Assembly: GCA_041653215.1 (NCBI GenBank)
Contig: JBAZFW010000001.1
Span: 19,202-83,201, forward strand
Length of the DNA stretch: 64,000 bases
Direction: 5' to 3'
Origin: Patescibacteria group bacterium
GTDB taxonomy: Bacteria > Patescibacteriota > Patescibacteriia > Patescibacteriales > GWC2-42-12
Positions 43,075 to 53,856 of this stretch are shown one piece after another (the first letter of the stretch is position 1; each line of letters opens with the position of its first letter). A program made the translations under genes and the position numbers. The notes beneath the pieces are model-generated. The model ran no database searches and was not told where the DNA came from. It was given only the letters and a program-made list of their open reading frames with translations.

Positions 43075-44495
43075 ATTAGCAAATTTTCTCCGACTCTAAA
43101 TATATCCCCAGCGCCCATTAGCACTACAACATCATCTCTCTCAATTTTTTTTCTTAAATATTTTTCGCATTCAGTTAAAGTTGAAATATATTTTGCTTCT
43201 TGTTTAACGCCTGATTCTTGATTATTAATTTTTATTTTTTCAACTAATTCTCGACTGTGCACTCCGCCTTGTTTTTCGCGCGCCGAGCCATAAATATCTA
43301 TAATAATTAATTCATCAACCTTATTAAAACTTTTAGCAAAATCTTCGAATAAAGCTTTAGTGCGGCTAAAAGTATGTGGGTGAAAAACTACAATTAATTT
43401 TTTTGAACCATATATTTGTCTTACTGCCTCTATAGTGGCTTTTATTTCTGTCGGGTGATGAGCGTAATCGTCTATTATGGTAGCGCCTTTAAATTCGCCT
43501 AAAACCTGCATTCTTCTAGCCGTACCGCTAAATTCTTCTAAATATTTTCTAATTTTAAAAAGTTCAATATTTAATTCGACGCATACGGCAATAACCGCTA
43601 AGGCATTATAAATATTATGCTTGCCGCCGAGCTGAATGGAAAAATCGCCTAATTCTTCAGCTTTAACTTCATCGTCATCATCAGTATCTTCAACGCCTAA
43701 TTTTACTTTAAAATATTGCTTACCATTATTATTTTTAATGTCATAAGCAACGTAGTCGGCCGCTTCGTTAATGGCATAAGTTATAACTCTGCCGTGGCAA
43801 TTTACTTGCGCGATCTTTCTAATTATCGGATCATCGAAATTCGCTACTAAAAATCCCTTATTCGGTATTTTTTTTATAAATTCAATGAAAACATTTTTAT
43901 AATCTTCTGGCGTGTGAAAAAAATCCGGATGATCATAATCAATATTATTTAAAATTACGGCTTTAGGCTGATAATTTTCTAGCTTATTTTGATATTCATC
44001 GGCTTCAATTAATAAATAATCGGAATTGCCAATTAAAGAACAGCCTTCAAATTGCGGCACTCGCGCTCCAACCATTACGCTTGGTTCAAGCTCGGCCATT
44101 TTCATAACATAACCTAGCCAAGCCGTGGTCGTAGTTTTTCCATGCGAACCGACAACGGCTATGCCATATTTCTGATTAAAAATTTCTCCGAGAGCCTCGG
44201 CGTAAGTTAAAATTTTAATTTTTCCATTTAAAGCTGTGGCTAATTCAATATTGGTTTCAGAATTATAAGCGGTTGAATAAATTATTAAATCAGCATCAGC
44301 CGGAATATTTGACGCTGAAAAATTTTCTATTACTTTTATGCCGGATTTTTTAAGCACAGCATCAGTCATATATTTTTCCGGGCCATCCGAACCGCTAACT
44401 TCAGCGCCGTTAGCAGCCAAAAACTGCCCAAGCATAGTCATGCCCACGCCTTTTATACCGATCATGTATATTTTTTTGGTTTTACTAAAATCCAT
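43071..44495 (-). CDS. murC: UDP-N-acetylmuramate--L-alanine ligase
   Basis: 'IGIKGVGMTMLGQFLAANGAEVSGSD', 'GSHGKTTTT', 'DDYAHHPTE'. Confidence 0.92.
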   Translation of the reverse strand: MDFSKTKKIYMIGIKGVGMTMLGQFLAANGAEVSGSDGPEKYMTDAVLKKSGIKVIENFSASNIPADADLIIYSTAYNSETNIELATALNGKIKILTYAEALGEIFNQKYGIAVVGSHGKTTTTAWLGYVMKMAELEPSVMVGARVPQFEGCSLIGNSDYLLIEADEYQNKLENYQPKAVILNNIDYDHPDFFHTPEDYKNVFIEFIKKIPNKGFLVANFDDPIIRKIAQVNCHGRVITYAINEAADYVAYDIKNNNGKQYFKVKLGVEDTDDDDEVKAEELGDFSIQLGGKHNIYNALAVIAVCVELNIELFKIRKYLEEFSGTARRMQVLGEFKGATIIDDYAHHPTEIKATIEAVRQIYGSKKLIVVFHPHTFSRTKALFEDFAKSFNKVDELIIIDIYGSAREKQGGVHSRELVEKIKINNQESGVKQEAKYISTLTECEKYLRKKIERDDVVVLMGAGDIFRVGENLLI

Positions 44496-44501
44496 ATTTA
44501 T

Positions 44502-45782
44502 TTATAATTTAAACTCCCCTGCCTGTTCTAATATTTTTTCTTCATCCAAAGTTTTAACTTCTCTATTTTTCATAATAACTTTTCCATTTACAATTACATT
44601 TTCTACGTCATCCGCATTAACGCAATAAACTAAATGCGAATACGGATCGTAAATCGGCGTTAAATGCGGCTTATTTAAATTAATTGTAATTATATCGGCT
44701 TTTTTACCGACTTCAAGCGAACCAATTTCTTTTTCCATACCTATTACTTTTGCGCCGTCAATCGTCGCCATTTTAACTACTTCGCGAGCGCTAATCGCCG
44801 TCGGATCAAAATTATTTACTTTATTTATTAAAGCAGTAGCGCGCATATCGGAAAATAAATCCAAAGTGTTATTACTAGCCGCGCCGTCAGTGCCTAAACC
44901 GACAGTAATTTCCATCTCTAACATTTTTTTAAGTGGCGCTACGCCTGAAGCTAATTTCATATTACTAATCGGACAATGCGCGACTTTTACACCTCTCTTT
45001 TTATAAATTTCTAAATCGCTATCGCTAAGCCAAACGCTATGCGCTGCCATTAATTTATCTGACAACATACCCAATTCTTCTAAATATTCAACCGGCAATT
45101 TGCCATTATTTTTTATAGAATCTTCAACTTCTTTTTTAGTTTCGCTTGCATGAATATGAATGCGCAAACTTTCCTCTTCAGCAACTTTTTTAATTTTTAA
45201 TAAATTTTCCTTTGAACAAGTGTAAATTGCGTGCGGCGCTAAAACAATTTTTATAAATTCATTATTTTTATATCTTTTTGATAATTCAATCGCTTCTTTT
45301 AAAGCTAAATCTGGATCTTTAAAATCTATCCCGGTAATACCAATTAAAGCTCGTAAATTACTTTTAATTGCCGGTTCGGACATAGCCTCGCCGAAAAAAT
45401 ACATATCATTATAACTCGTTACTCCGGCCTTAATCATTTCTAGACAGGCTAACTCGCTCGCCTGTTTTACAAATTCAGCATTAACATATTTAGCTTCAGC
45501 CGGCCAGATATGTTTATTTAACCAAACGTCCAAAGGCAAATCATCGGCTAGCCCGCGAAAATATGTCATAGCCGCATGCGTATGCGTATTTATTAAACCT
45601 GGCATAACAATCGAATTTCCCGCGTCAATTATTTCTTTAGCCTGATATTTTTCAATTTCACTAATCTCACCTAAGGAAACAATTTTATTTTCAGACACGG
45701 CAACAAAACCATTTTCAATAATAGTCAGCTTTTCATCCATGGGTAAAATATATTTTCCTTTTATAATTAAATCGCATCGCAT
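44502..45782 (-). CDS. mtaD: amidohydrolase, 5'-methylthioadenosine/S-adenosylhomocysteine deaminase-like
   Basis: 'PGLINTHTHAAMTYFRGLADDLPLDVWL', 'HASET', 'GLGTDGAASNN'. Start moved to ATG 45782 (MRCDLIIKG...); the track's first 15 codons are read from the repeat element. Confidence 0.75.
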   Translation of the reverse strand: MRCDLIIKGKYILPMDEKLTIIENGFVAVSENKIVSLGEISEIEKYQAKEIIDAGNSIVMPGLINTHTHAAMTYFRGLADDLPLDVWLNKHIWPAEAKYVNAEFVKQASELACLEMIKAGVTSYNDMYFFGEAMSEPAIKSNLRALIGITGIDFKDPDLALKEAIELSKRYKNNEFIKIVLAPHAIYTCSKENLLKIKKVAEEESLRIHIHASETKKEVEDSIKNNGKLPVEYLEELGMLSDKLMAAHSVWLSDSDLEIYKKRGVKVAHCPISNMKLASGVAPLKKMLEMEITVGLGTDGAASNNTLDLFSDMRATALINKVNNFDPTAISAREVVKMATIDGAKVIGMEKEIGSLEVGKKADIITINLNKPHLTPIYDPYSHLVYCVNADDVENVIVNGKVIMKNREVKTLDEEKILEQAGEFKL

Positions 45783-45791
45783 ATATATTCT

Positions 45792-45898
45792 GTCATTGCG
45801 AGGAGCGTAGCGACGAAGCAATCTCACGAACTATAAACTTTTTTCTAAACTCACCATCAGTGAGATTGCTTCGTTTCTTTCAGAAACTCGCAATGACA
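45792..45898. repeat. MITE-like palindromic element (~107 bp), intergenic
   Basis: gtcattgcgaggagcgtagcgacgaagcaatctcac...gtgagattgcttcgtttctttcagaaactcgcaatgaca. The left arm is identical to the one at 36823. Confidence 0.85.
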
Positions 45899-45907
45899 AT
45901 TAATTTT

Positions 45908-46966
45908 TTATTTTAATAAATTTTTTATAATTTTCGCCATCTCTTGGTTAGCTCCTTTTTTCATAGCCTGCGCCATATTTACGGATAAATTAGTTAGCAT
46001 CTTCTCGTCAGCCAATAAATCCCTTACCATATGTATAAAATTTTCAACGGTCAAATCTTTTTGATTTATTACAATTGCGGCCTTTCTATTCTTAAAAAAT
46101 TCGGCGTTAACTTCCTGATGCGAATCCGGCATAGGAATTATTATGGATGGCTTACCTAAATATGATAACTCGGATAAAAACCCTAAACCCGCGCGAGTTA
46201 TTACTAAATCCGCCGCATGTAAAACTTCAACCATTTTTTCTACATCTAAAAATTCATAATTTTTATAATTAGCAATTTCATTATTCAATACGCTTTTTTC
46301 TTTCCCAGTTATATGAATAACATGGCAAAACTTAACTAATTCGCTTAAACTATCTTCTGCTAATTTATTAATTGCCATTGCCCCGGTTCCGCCGCCAATA
46401 ATTAAAACTACCGGTAAGTGGTTATGCGTTTTTAAACTATTAATTTTTAACTCTCGCCTAATCGGATTGCCAACCCAAACTGCCTTCTCGCCATAATCTT
46501 TTAATGAACTTTCAAATGTTACCGTAATAATTTTAGCGAACGGCGCCATTAATTTATTAGCTAAACCGGCTATAATATCCTGCTGATGAATTAAAACCGG
46601 CACGCGTAAAATCCAAGCCGCCCAAACGATAGGCACGCTAATGAAACTACCAGCACTAATTACTAAATCTGGTCGCCATTTTAGCATAATAAATATAGCC
46701 TCTAAAAAACCTAGTTTAATTTTTATAATGTCAACTAAATTTTTAAAAGAAAAATACCTACGCCATTTTCCACCGCTAATCGCTTTAAATTCTATTCCAG
46801 CTTTTTCTACCATTTCACGCTCCGGACCAAACTTCGTGCCCAACCATAAAAAATCAAACACATTTTCATCTTTAAGTTCGTCATAAATCGCGAGCAGTGG
46901 TGTTACTGACCCGCCAGTTCCGCCACCGGTTAACAAAATTTTATAATTTTTATTTTCAGAATTCAT
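45908..46966 (-). CDS. murG: undecaprenyldiphospho-muramoylpentapeptide beta-N-acetylglucosaminyltransferase
   Basis: 'LLTGGGTGGSVTPLLAI', 'GGGTGA', C-terminal 'ITRAGLGFLSEL'. Confidence 0.92.
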   Translation of the reverse strand: MNSENKNYKILLTGGGTGGSVTPLLAIYDELKDENVFDFLWLGTKFGPEREMVEKAGIEFKAISGGKWRRYFSFKNLVDIIKIKLGFLEAIFIMLKWRPDLVISAGSFISVPIVWAAWILRVPVLIHQQDIIAGLANKLMAPFAKIITVTFESSLKDYGEKAVWVGNPIRRELKINSLKTHNHLPVVLIIGGGTGAMAINKLAEDSLSELVKFCHVIHITGKEKSVLNNEIANYKNYEFLDVEKMVEVLHAADLVITRAGLGFLSELSYLGKPSIIIPMPDSHQEVNAEFFKNRKAAIVINQKDLTVENFIHMVRDLLADEKMLTNLSVNMAQAMKKGANQEMAKIIKNLLK

Positions 46967-46975
46967 AAAAAATAT

Positions 46976-47242
46976 TTAAAAAGACCAACCGAAGCTATCT
47001 TTATTAATAATTTTAAAAATGCCTAACCCTATACATTTAGTGCCATAACTACCAGGCGAACTATACATATTAGATTTGTAATCAATTTTTTTTCCAATAC
47101 ACGCACAAGATGAATTTTGGCGCTCTCCGTCAAGAAAAAAAATGAACTGGTCGCAAGGAAATAATAATCCGAAACAAAACCAAAATATTAGCATTATAAC
47201 ACCAAATAAAATTAGGAAAATTTTTAAAACTTTAACCTTCAT
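46976..47242 (-). CDS. small membrane-anchored Cys-containing hypothetical protein
   Basis: N-terminal TM; sits between ftsW and murG. Confidence 0.4.
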   Translation of the reverse strand: MKVKVLKIFLILFGVIMLIFWFCFGLLFPCDQFIFFLDGERQNSSCACIGKKIDYKSNMYSSPGSYGTKCIGLGIFKIINKDSFGWSF

Positions 47243-47263
47243 AAATTTATAATATATTTAATT

Positions 47264-48397
47264 TTATCTCGTCTGCTTACTAATATTAATTAATATGCCA
47301 ATAGAAGCTAAAGCTACTAACATAGCTGAACCGCCATAACTAACCATAGGTAATGGCACGCCAGTCATGGGCATAATATTAACCATGCCGCCGATATTTA
47401 TCAAAGCTTGCAAAACAATCCAACTTACTATGCCAATAGCTAAAATTTTTCCAAAATCATCAGACGCGTGCTTAGCGATATAAAAACCTCGATAAAATAA
47501 AGCTAAATATAATAAAATCAAACCAGCAGAAAAAATAAATCCTGTTTCTTCGCTGATAATGGGGAAAATCGCGTCATTTTGCGCTTGCGGTAAATATAAA
47601 AATTTTTGCCTAGAAGCGCCAAGCCCACGACCCAAAAAACCACCTGAACCAATAGCAATTAAAGATTGATTGATCTGGTAACATTCTTTTTGCGGCGCAT
47701 ATGATGGATCCATCATACATTTAAATCGATTGGCTTGATAAGGATAAATATTTATCATAACAATTAAAGCCGTTAGACCTAATAACATTAAAATAATTAA
47801 ATGTTTAATGCTGCCGCCGCCAATAAAATAAACTATTAGCGACGCCAAGGCAATAATCGTTAGAGTACCCATATCTGGTTGCAATATCATAAGCAAAGCA
47901 ATCACTCCTAAAATCGCAACAAACGGTCCGATACCGCGCGATACTTCAGCCAGTTGTTTTTTTCTGCCTTCAAGCCAAGCCGCTAAATATATTAAAAAGG
48001 TTATTTTAACGAACTCCGAAGGCTGCAAAGAATAACCAAAAACATTAATCCAACTTCGAGACGTCCCCCATGTACCCGCTAGACCAGGAATAAAAACTAA
48101 AAGTAACAAACCGATTGAAGCAATTAACATCCATAAAGCATATTTACGCCAAACCTGATAATCAATGCGTGAAAAAAACCAAGCCGCCGCTAAGCCCAAA
48201 ACCAAACCAAACAGCTGATGTTTAAAAAGATAATAACTGTCATGATAAGTATTATAAGAAATAACCGACGAAGCGCTAGAAAGCATAACTATACCAAAAA
48301 TAATTATAGCGCCAACTATAAAAATAAGCGGCTTGTCTGATTCATGCTCGCCGCGATAAGAAATTAACTTGTTTAACCAATTTATAACTGAGCTCAT
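47264..48397 (-). CDS. ftsW: SEDS-family peptidoglycan glycosyltransferase FtsW/RodA
   Basis: 10 TM; 'QPSEFVKI', 'LQPDMGT', 'PLPMVSYGGSA'; mraY-ftsW-murG context. Confidence 0.88.
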   Translation of the reverse strand: MSSVINWLNKLISYRGEHESDKPLIFIVGAIIIFGIVMLSSASSVISYNTYHDSYYLFKHQLFGLVLGLAAAWFFSRIDYQVWRKYALWMLIASIGLLLLVFIPGLAGTWGTSRSWINVFGYSLQPSEFVKITFLIYLAAWLEGRKKQLAEVSRGIGPFVAILGVIALLMILQPDMGTLTIIALASLIVYFIGGGSIKHLIILMLLGLTALIVMINIYPYQANRFKCMMDPSYAPQKECYQINQSLIAIGSGGFLGRGLGASRQKFLYLPQAQNDAIFPIISEETGFIFSAGLILLYLALFYRGFYIAKHASDDFGKILAIGIVSWIVLQALINIGGMVNIMPMTGVPLPMVSYGGSAMLVALASIGILINISKQTR

Positions 48398-48417
48398 ATT
48401 AATAAGATTGTATATAT

Positions 48418-49467
48418 TTACATGGTTTTATCTAATAAAAATACTATAAGCCCCATAGCCGCGCTAACTCCGGCGATAACCCAAAAACGCATAACTATTT
48501 TAGGCTCGCTCCAGCCGATAGCTTCAAAATGATGATGAATCGGTGAAGAAATAAATATTTTTTTTCCTCTAATTTTTTTTGATAATTGCTGAATGATGAC
48601 CGAAAGAGATTCTATAACAAAAACTAAACCGATAATCGGCAAAATTAAAGCCGAATTAGTTAGCATAGCGATTACGCCCAAAGTAATGCCTAAGCTCATA
48701 GCGCCGGTATCGCCCATGTAAAACCTGGCCGGATTAATATTAAACCAAAGAAACGCTAATAAAGCGCCGACAATAACGCCACAAAAAGTGGCTAAATCAT
48801 ATTTGCCAGTAGAAAAAGATATGACCCCGAAAGAAGCAAAACAAAAAAGCAAAACACCGCCGGCTAAACCGTCTAGCCCATCAGTTTCGTTAACCGAAAA
48901 AGCCGTAGCCACTAAAACAAAAATAAAGATTAACATATACGGCCAGCCCATTTGATAATCGCCTAAAAATGGAACATGAAAAACATCCCAACCCAATTTA
49001 AAATAAAACCACCAAGCGCCAAAACAAGCAATAATTGTATAAATCAACAAACGATGTTTAACCTTTAGACCGCCGCCGCCCAAAATACCTTTGCCCCTAA
49101 CGTCTAACCAATCGTCCACTAAACCAACTAAAGCCGTAGCTACTAAAACTCCTAAAGGCAAAAGAGTTTCTTTACGGGATAAAAAATTAAAATAATTTAA
49201 AAAATCCGTAGAAAAAATTTTAGGCAAATAAAAAAATACAACTGCCAGAATTAAAACCGTTAGCCAAATTAAAATTCCGCCCATAGTCGGAGTGCCATCT
49301 TTATGAGCATGCAGTTTAGTAAAAATTGGGGTTGAGCCGTTCGATCTTATTTTTTTACCAAGATTATACTTATATAAATAATGGGTTAATAGAGGCGTCC
49401 AAGCAATTGCAAAAACAAAAGCCAAGGAGGTTAAAAACAAAATTTTAATAACATAAAAATCAAACAT
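48418..49467 (-). CDS. mraY: phospho-N-acetylmuramoyl-pentapeptide transferase
   Basis: 'GTPTMGGI', 'VGLVDDW', 'NETDGLDGLAGG', 'FYMGDTGAMSLG', 'PIHHHFE'. Confidence 0.95.
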   Translation of the reverse strand: MFDFYVIKILFLTSLAFVFAIAWTPLLTHYLYKYNLGKKIRSNGSTPIFTKLHAHKDGTPTMGGILIWLTVLILAVVFFYLPKIFSTDFLNYFNFLSRKETLLPLGVLVATALVGLVDDWLDVRGKGILGGGGLKVKHRLLIYTIIACFGAWWFYFKLGWDVFHVPFLGDYQMGWPYMLIFIFVLVATAFSVNETDGLDGLAGGVLLFCFASFGVISFSTGKYDLATFCGVIVGALLAFLWFNINPARFYMGDTGAMSLGITLGVIAMLTNSALILPIIGLVFVIESLSVIIQQLSKKIRGKKIFISSPIHHHFEAIGWSEPKIVMRFWVIAGVSAAMGLIVFLLDKTM

Positions 49468-49471
49468 AATA

Positions 49472-49885
49472 TTATCTAAAATTAACTAAATATATAGCCA
49501 GTGTACCAGCTATTAAAAACAAATTAATTAGCAAAGAAAAACCCAAAATTAAATGAATTAAAAATTTATTCTTTCTAAAAATATTTAATAGCAAAATAAA
49601 ATTTATTAATATAAAAGACAAACCTAAAAACGGAATAATATAAATTTCTTTAGCCTCACCGATTAAATTTACTCCTAAATTAACATTATAATGCAAAACT
49701 ACAAGATTCTGACTGACATTATTATTAACATAAAAAGCTAACAGCCAATTTAAAATATTTAAAACAAACAAAAATATTAAATATATTCTAACGAAGGAAA
49801 AACTAACTAAATAAAAAACAGCCTGAACCAGCTTTTCGCGGCTAAGATAAAAAGAATTCAATATTTTATGGCCATCAATCGCCAT
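49472..49885 (-). CDS. hypothetical polytopic membrane protein
   Basis: Four hydrophobic segments; first gene of the mraY-side transcription unit. Confidence 0.45.
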   Translation of the reverse strand: MAIDGHKILNSFYLSREKLVQAVFYLVSFSFVRIYLIFLFVLNILNWLLAFYVNNNVSQNLVVLHYNVNLGVNLIGEAKEIYIIPFLGLSFILINFILLLNIFRKNKFLIHLILGFSLLINLFLIAGTLAIYLVNFR

Positions 49886-50015
49886 GTATTTAATTTATCA
49901 TACTTTTGCTTAAAAACAAAACTCCAAGCCGAAAGTTAATATTTACCTAATTTATAATTTTATGTTATAATATAACCAAGCAAAATTTTCTCTTTATTTG
50001 TTTTAATTTAATCAA

Positions 50016-51737
50016 ATGTTATCAACTCAACAACTTAAAAAAATCACCGAGCAATCAGATATCATGCCGCCAGAAGAATTTGAAAAATTTTCTAAAGAAG
50101 CGGAAAAATATGGCAAAACACTGGAAAATTATTTAATTGAAAAAAAAATAACCACTTCAACTTCTTTATACGAAAATGCGGCTAACTATTTTAAAGTGCC
50201 TTTTATTAACTTAAAAGATCAGGTTATAAGAAAAGATGTCTTATTTAATATTCCTGAACCAATTGCTACAACTCACCAAATAATCGCTTTTTCCGCCGAT
50301 GACAAAGAAATAAAAATCGCGACCTTAGACCCTGAAAATATAGAAATTTTTGAATTTATTAGAAAAAAAACTAATCTAAAACCGGTTATTTATTTAACCA
50401 CCCCAGAAGGCCTTAATGAAACCATAAAACAATATCATAAAAGTTTAAAAGCTGAATTTAAAGATCTAGCCGATGAAAACATAAACAGCGGCGACGAAAA
50501 TCTAAAAAAATTAGCAGAAAATTTACCAATCGTTAGAATTGTTGATACGCTTTTAGAATACGCTATTTTTGAAGGCGCTTCAGATATACATATTGAACCG
50601 GAAGAAAAAGATATTATAGCGCGCTATCGCGTTGATGGCATTTTAAGAACTGTTATGACTTTACCTAAAAATGTCCAACCGGGAATTATTGCTCGTATAA
50701 AAATATTAGCCAATTTAAAAGTTGACGAACATCGCCTACCGCAAGACGGGCGCTTTAAAATAAGCTCTAAAGAATATAACGTTTCTTTTAGAGTTTCCAT
50801 AATCCCGACTTTTGATGGAGAAAAAATTGTCATGCGCTTATTAAGCGAAAAAGCGCAAGTTTTGACTTTAGAACAACTGGGTTTACAACCTTCCGCCTTA
50901 GAATCTGTTAAAAGAAACATTTCTAAACCGCACGGCATGATTTTAGTAACCGGACCGACTGGTTCTGGTAAAACTACTACTCTTTATACGGTTCTGAACA
51001 TTTTAAATACGCCGGAAGTTAATATTATGACTATTGAGGATCCGATTGAATACCGTATGCCACGTGTTAATCAATCCCAAGTTAATCCAAAAATCGGCTA
51101 TACTTTTGCCGCCGGCTTAAGAGCTTTTTTAAGGCAAGATCCAAATATTATTATGGTGGGAGAAATTAGAGATCAGGAAACCGCAGAAATTGCCATTCAT
51201 GCCGCCATGACCGGTCATTTAGTCTTATCAACTTTACACACTAATGACGCCGTCACCACCCTACCCCGCCTTTCTGATATGGGCATCCCGGCCTTCTTAG
51301 TATCCTCAACAACTAACATTATAATCGCCCAAAGATTAGTTAGAAAAATTTGTCCTAATTGCATTCAAAGCTATAAATTAGACAAACCAATAGTAGACGA
51401 ATTAAAACAACAGCTTGATCTTGAAAATATTATGAAAACGCTTGAAGAAAAGAAAATTATTGTTAATGCTAAACAAGGCATAGAATCTTTATTATTTTAT
51501 CGAGGCAAGGGCTGCAAGCAATGTTCTAATTCAGGCTATAAAGGCAGGCTTGGCATCTACGAAGTTCTTGAAATAACCGATGAAATGTCAGAATTAATTT
51601 TAAGAAAAGCTACGCCTTCCGAACTTAAAAAACAAGCGGAAAAACAAAAAATGCTTACCATTGTTGAGGATGGTTTTATTAAAGCCAAAAACGGCATTAC
51701 CACGATTGAAGAAATTATGAGAGTAACTAAGGAATAA
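50016..51737 (+). CDS. pilB: type IV pilus assembly ATPase PilB (GspE family)
   Basis: Walker A 'GPTGSGKTTT', 'GEIRD', tetracysteine 'CPNC...CKQC', 'HLVLSTLHTN'. Confidence 0.93.
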   Translation: MLSTQQLKKITEQSDIMPPEEFEKFSKEAEKYGKTLENYLIEKKITTSTSLYENAANYFKVPFINLKDQVIRKDVLFNIPEPIATTHQIIAFSADDKEIKIATLDPENIEIFEFIRKKTNLKPVIYLTTPEGLNETIKQYHKSLKAEFKDLADENINSGDENLKKLAENLPIVRIVDTLLEYAIFEGASDIHIEPEEKDIIARYRVDGILRTVMTLPKNVQPGIIARIKILANLKVDEHRLPQDGRFKISSKEYNVSFRVSIIPTFDGEKIVMRLLSEKAQVLTLEQLGLQPSALESVKRNISKPHGMILVTGPTGSGKTTTLYTVLNILNTPEVNIMTIEDPIEYRMPRVNQSQVNPKIGYTFAAGLRAFLRQDPNIIMVGEIRDQETAEIAIHAAMTGHLVLSTLHTNDAVTTLPRLSDMGIPAFLVSSTTNIIIAQRLVRKICPNCIQSYKLDKPIVDELKQQLDLENIMKTLEEKKIIVNAKQGIESLLFYRGKGCKQCSNSGYKGRLGIYEVLEITDEMSELILRKATPSELKKQAEKQKMLTIVEDGFIKAKNGITTIEEIMRVTKE

Positions 51738-51754
51738 TTTTTATAATTTAAATT

Positions 51755-52945
51755 ATGACAGTAATTTTACCTCCACAAAATAATCCAGAAAATCAACCTG
51801 AAAAAAGCGCCGAGACTGCCGAGGAAACGGCCGCGGAGTCATCAGGCGCGCCAAACGCCGCGCCCAAAAGCGTTATGAGGTCAATTAACCGGTTTTTGGA
51901 AAAATTTTCTACCATCCCTATCTCTGAAAAATTATTTTTTGTGCAAAATTTAAGCATCATGCTTAAAGCTGGGATCTCTTTATCCGTATCTTTAAAAACT
52001 TTAGCAAAACAAACTAACAATAAAAGATTCTCCGCAATAATAAATGACATTTCAGCAAACGTAGAAAAGGGCGTAAGTTTTACTGAGAGCTTAAAGCCGC
52101 ACGAAAAAGTTTTTGGCCAACTTTTTGTTAACATGATTGAATCAGGCGAAATTTCCGGAAAATTAGAAGAAGTCTTAAAAAGATTATTTATCCAATTTAA
52201 AAAAAATCATGAATTAGTTTCTAAAGTTAAAGGCGCCCTTACTTATCCGGCAGTAATTTTATTCGCCATGGGTGGCATTGGTATTTTTATGATGGTCGCA
52301 GTGGTGCCTAAAATTACGGCCATGTTTAAAGATTTTAACGCCGAATTGCCATTCGCTACTAAAATATTAATCAAATTTTCTGATAGTTTAGTCTCTAATG
52401 GGTTGCTTTACCTTATCGGCTTGGTCGTCTTTGTATTAATTCTGGTCCAAGCCATAAAAACAAAAAAGGGTAAATATATCTTTCATGGTCTACTTTTAAA
52501 ACTCCCAGTTTTTTCAACTATTATCAAAAAAATAAATTTAGCCCGTTTTGCTAGAACTATAAGTTCGCTTTTAAAAACCGATATCATGATCATTAAAAGC
52601 TTGCAAATTACGGCTAGTGTTTTGGGTAATGTTTATTATCGCGACGCCTTAAATGAAATGAGCGTAAAAATTAAAAAAGGCGGCACAATAAATGAAGTTA
52701 TTTCTAGCTATGAAAAATTATTTCCGCCAATAGTAACTCAGATGATTTCTGTAGGTGAAGAAACTGGCGAGCTTGATTTTATACTTGAAGAGTTGGCTGA
52801 ATTTTATGAAGGGGAAGTTGATCAAACTATGAATAACTTGCCAGCGATAATAGAACCTATTTTAATTTTAACTCTCGGCTTAGTCGTCGGCGCTATGGCT
52901 ATAGCCATCATCATGCCGATGTATTCCTTAACCTCGGCCATATAA
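51755..52945 (+). CDS. pilC: type IV pilus inner-membrane platform protein PilC (GspF family)
   Basis: Two GspF repeats ('MLKAGISLSVSL', 'LLKTDIMIIKSL') and 3 TM. Confidence 0.9.
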   Translation: MTVILPPQNNPENQPEKSAETAEETAAESSGAPNAAPKSVMRSINRFLEKFSTIPISEKLFFVQNLSIMLKAGISLSVSLKTLAKQTNNKRFSAIINDISANVEKGVSFTESLKPHEKVFGQLFVNMIESGEISGKLEEVLKRLFIQFKKNHELVSKVKGALTYPAVILFAMGGIGIFMMVAVVPKITAMFKDFNAELPFATKILIKFSDSLVSNGLLYLIGLVVFVLILVQAIKTKKGKYIFHGLLLKLPVFSTIIKKINLARFARTISSLLKTDIMIIKSLQITASVLGNVYYRDALNEMSVKIKKGGTINEVISSYEKLFPPIVTQMISVGEETGELDFILEELAEFYEGEVDQTMNNLPAIIEPILILTLGLVVGAMAIAIIMPMYSLTSAI

Positions 52946-52958
52946 TCATCAACATATT

Positions 52959-53408
52959 ATGCAGTCAAGCCAAAATCAAAAAGGCAGCATGCTCGCAGAC
53001 CTGCTTGTTGTAATGGGCATTATTGCCTTGTTATCAACTATAAGCATACCTTATTTAAGAAAATATCAACCAAACTTAAAACTTAATGCCACGGCCAGAA
53101 ATTTAACTACTGATTTAAGATATGCCCAGCAATTAACCATAACTGAGCAAAACATTTATCAAGTTGTTTTTGATTTAATTGATAATACATACGAAATACA
53201 AAAAGTGGATACGGCGACAACTTCTATAAAATTAGTAAACCTTGATTCGGAAATTAGTATTAAACAAATAACTGATTTAACTGACAATAAAGTAGTTTTT
53301 AATTATTACGGAGGCGTTAGCCAATCCGGCCAAATAATTTTAACTAATACTAACGACGTAGAAGCTACTATTAACATAAAACCATCGGGCTATATCCAGC
53401 TTCAATAA
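52959..53408 (+). CDS. GspH/FimT-like minor pseudopilin with an atypical N-terminal motif
   Basis: 'KG/SMLADLLVVMGIIALL' (Asp where the canonical Glu5 would be); 'ARNLTTDLRYAQQLTI'. Confidence 0.6.
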   Translation: MQSSQNQKGSMLADLLVVMGIIALLSTISIPYLRKYQPNLKLNATARNLTTDLRYAQQLTITEQNIYQVVFDLIDNTYEIQKVDTATTSIKLVNLDSEISIKQITDLTDNKVVFNYYGGVSQSGQIILTNTNDVEATINIKPSGYIQLQ

Positions 53409-53413
53409 TAATT

Positions 53414-53851
53414 ATGAAAATCAAACAAAAAATATATAAAAATCAAACTGGCATGAGTCTTTTAGAAATCATGGTATCTTTATCTATTTTGGTGGTTACC
53501 TTTATCACTCTGATGCAATCTTTCCCGATGGCTCTAGCCATAAATAAAACTTCAGAAAACGCCACTAAAGCGTCTTATTTAGCTCAAGAGAAACTTGAAG
53601 AGTTAAATTCTCTTGGCTACAACGGTATTGCCGTCGGCGCAATAGAAACTAAACACCGCCTATCTAATACTTCAACTGATTATTTATATTATTTTCAAAG
53701 AGAAACTATGGTCGATTATGTCGATAGCAATCTGCAAAATAGTGTTTCTGATACTGGATTAAAAAAAATTTCCGTAATAATTTATTACACTAATTCATTT
53801 CTAAAAAATGAAAAAACTTATTCTACGGTTACTTTGATAAGCCAATTATAA
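53414..53851 (+). CDS. prepilin-type minor pilin (PilV-like)
   Basis: 'TG/MSLLEIMVSLSILVV' cleavage/methylation motif. Confidence 0.65.
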   Translation: MKIKQKIYKNQTGMSLLEIMVSLSILVVTFITLMQSFPMALAINKTSENATKASYLAQEKLEELNSLGYNGIAVGAIETKHRLSNTSTDYLYYFQRETMVDYVDSNLQNSVSDTGLKKISVIIYYTNSFLKNEKTYSTVTLISQL

Positions 53852-53856
53852 AAAAT

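Noticed and set aside
44502-45827. Longer N-terminal extensions in the ORF track: 44502..45827, 59089..60330, 24905..25438, 23411..23959, 18239..18754, 6271..7032 and 39326..39538.
   Set aside because: The extra codons are read from repeat elements, leader hairpins, the preceding gene or a divergent promoter. Internal starts give canonical N-termini (MRCDLII.., MSTSNGVKQIYLD.., MISIICIIAKNRAIG.., TTG after GGAGGTG for ndk, MKKVFVAIM.. signal peptide, AAGGAG-preceded MSTEKN..).
8861-45898. Whether the recurring GTCATTGCG.../...GCAATGACA repeats form a CRISPR array.
   Set aside because: The copies are palindromic, kilobases apart, irregularly spaced and in both orientations. There is no repeat-spacer periodicity and no cas genes in the window.
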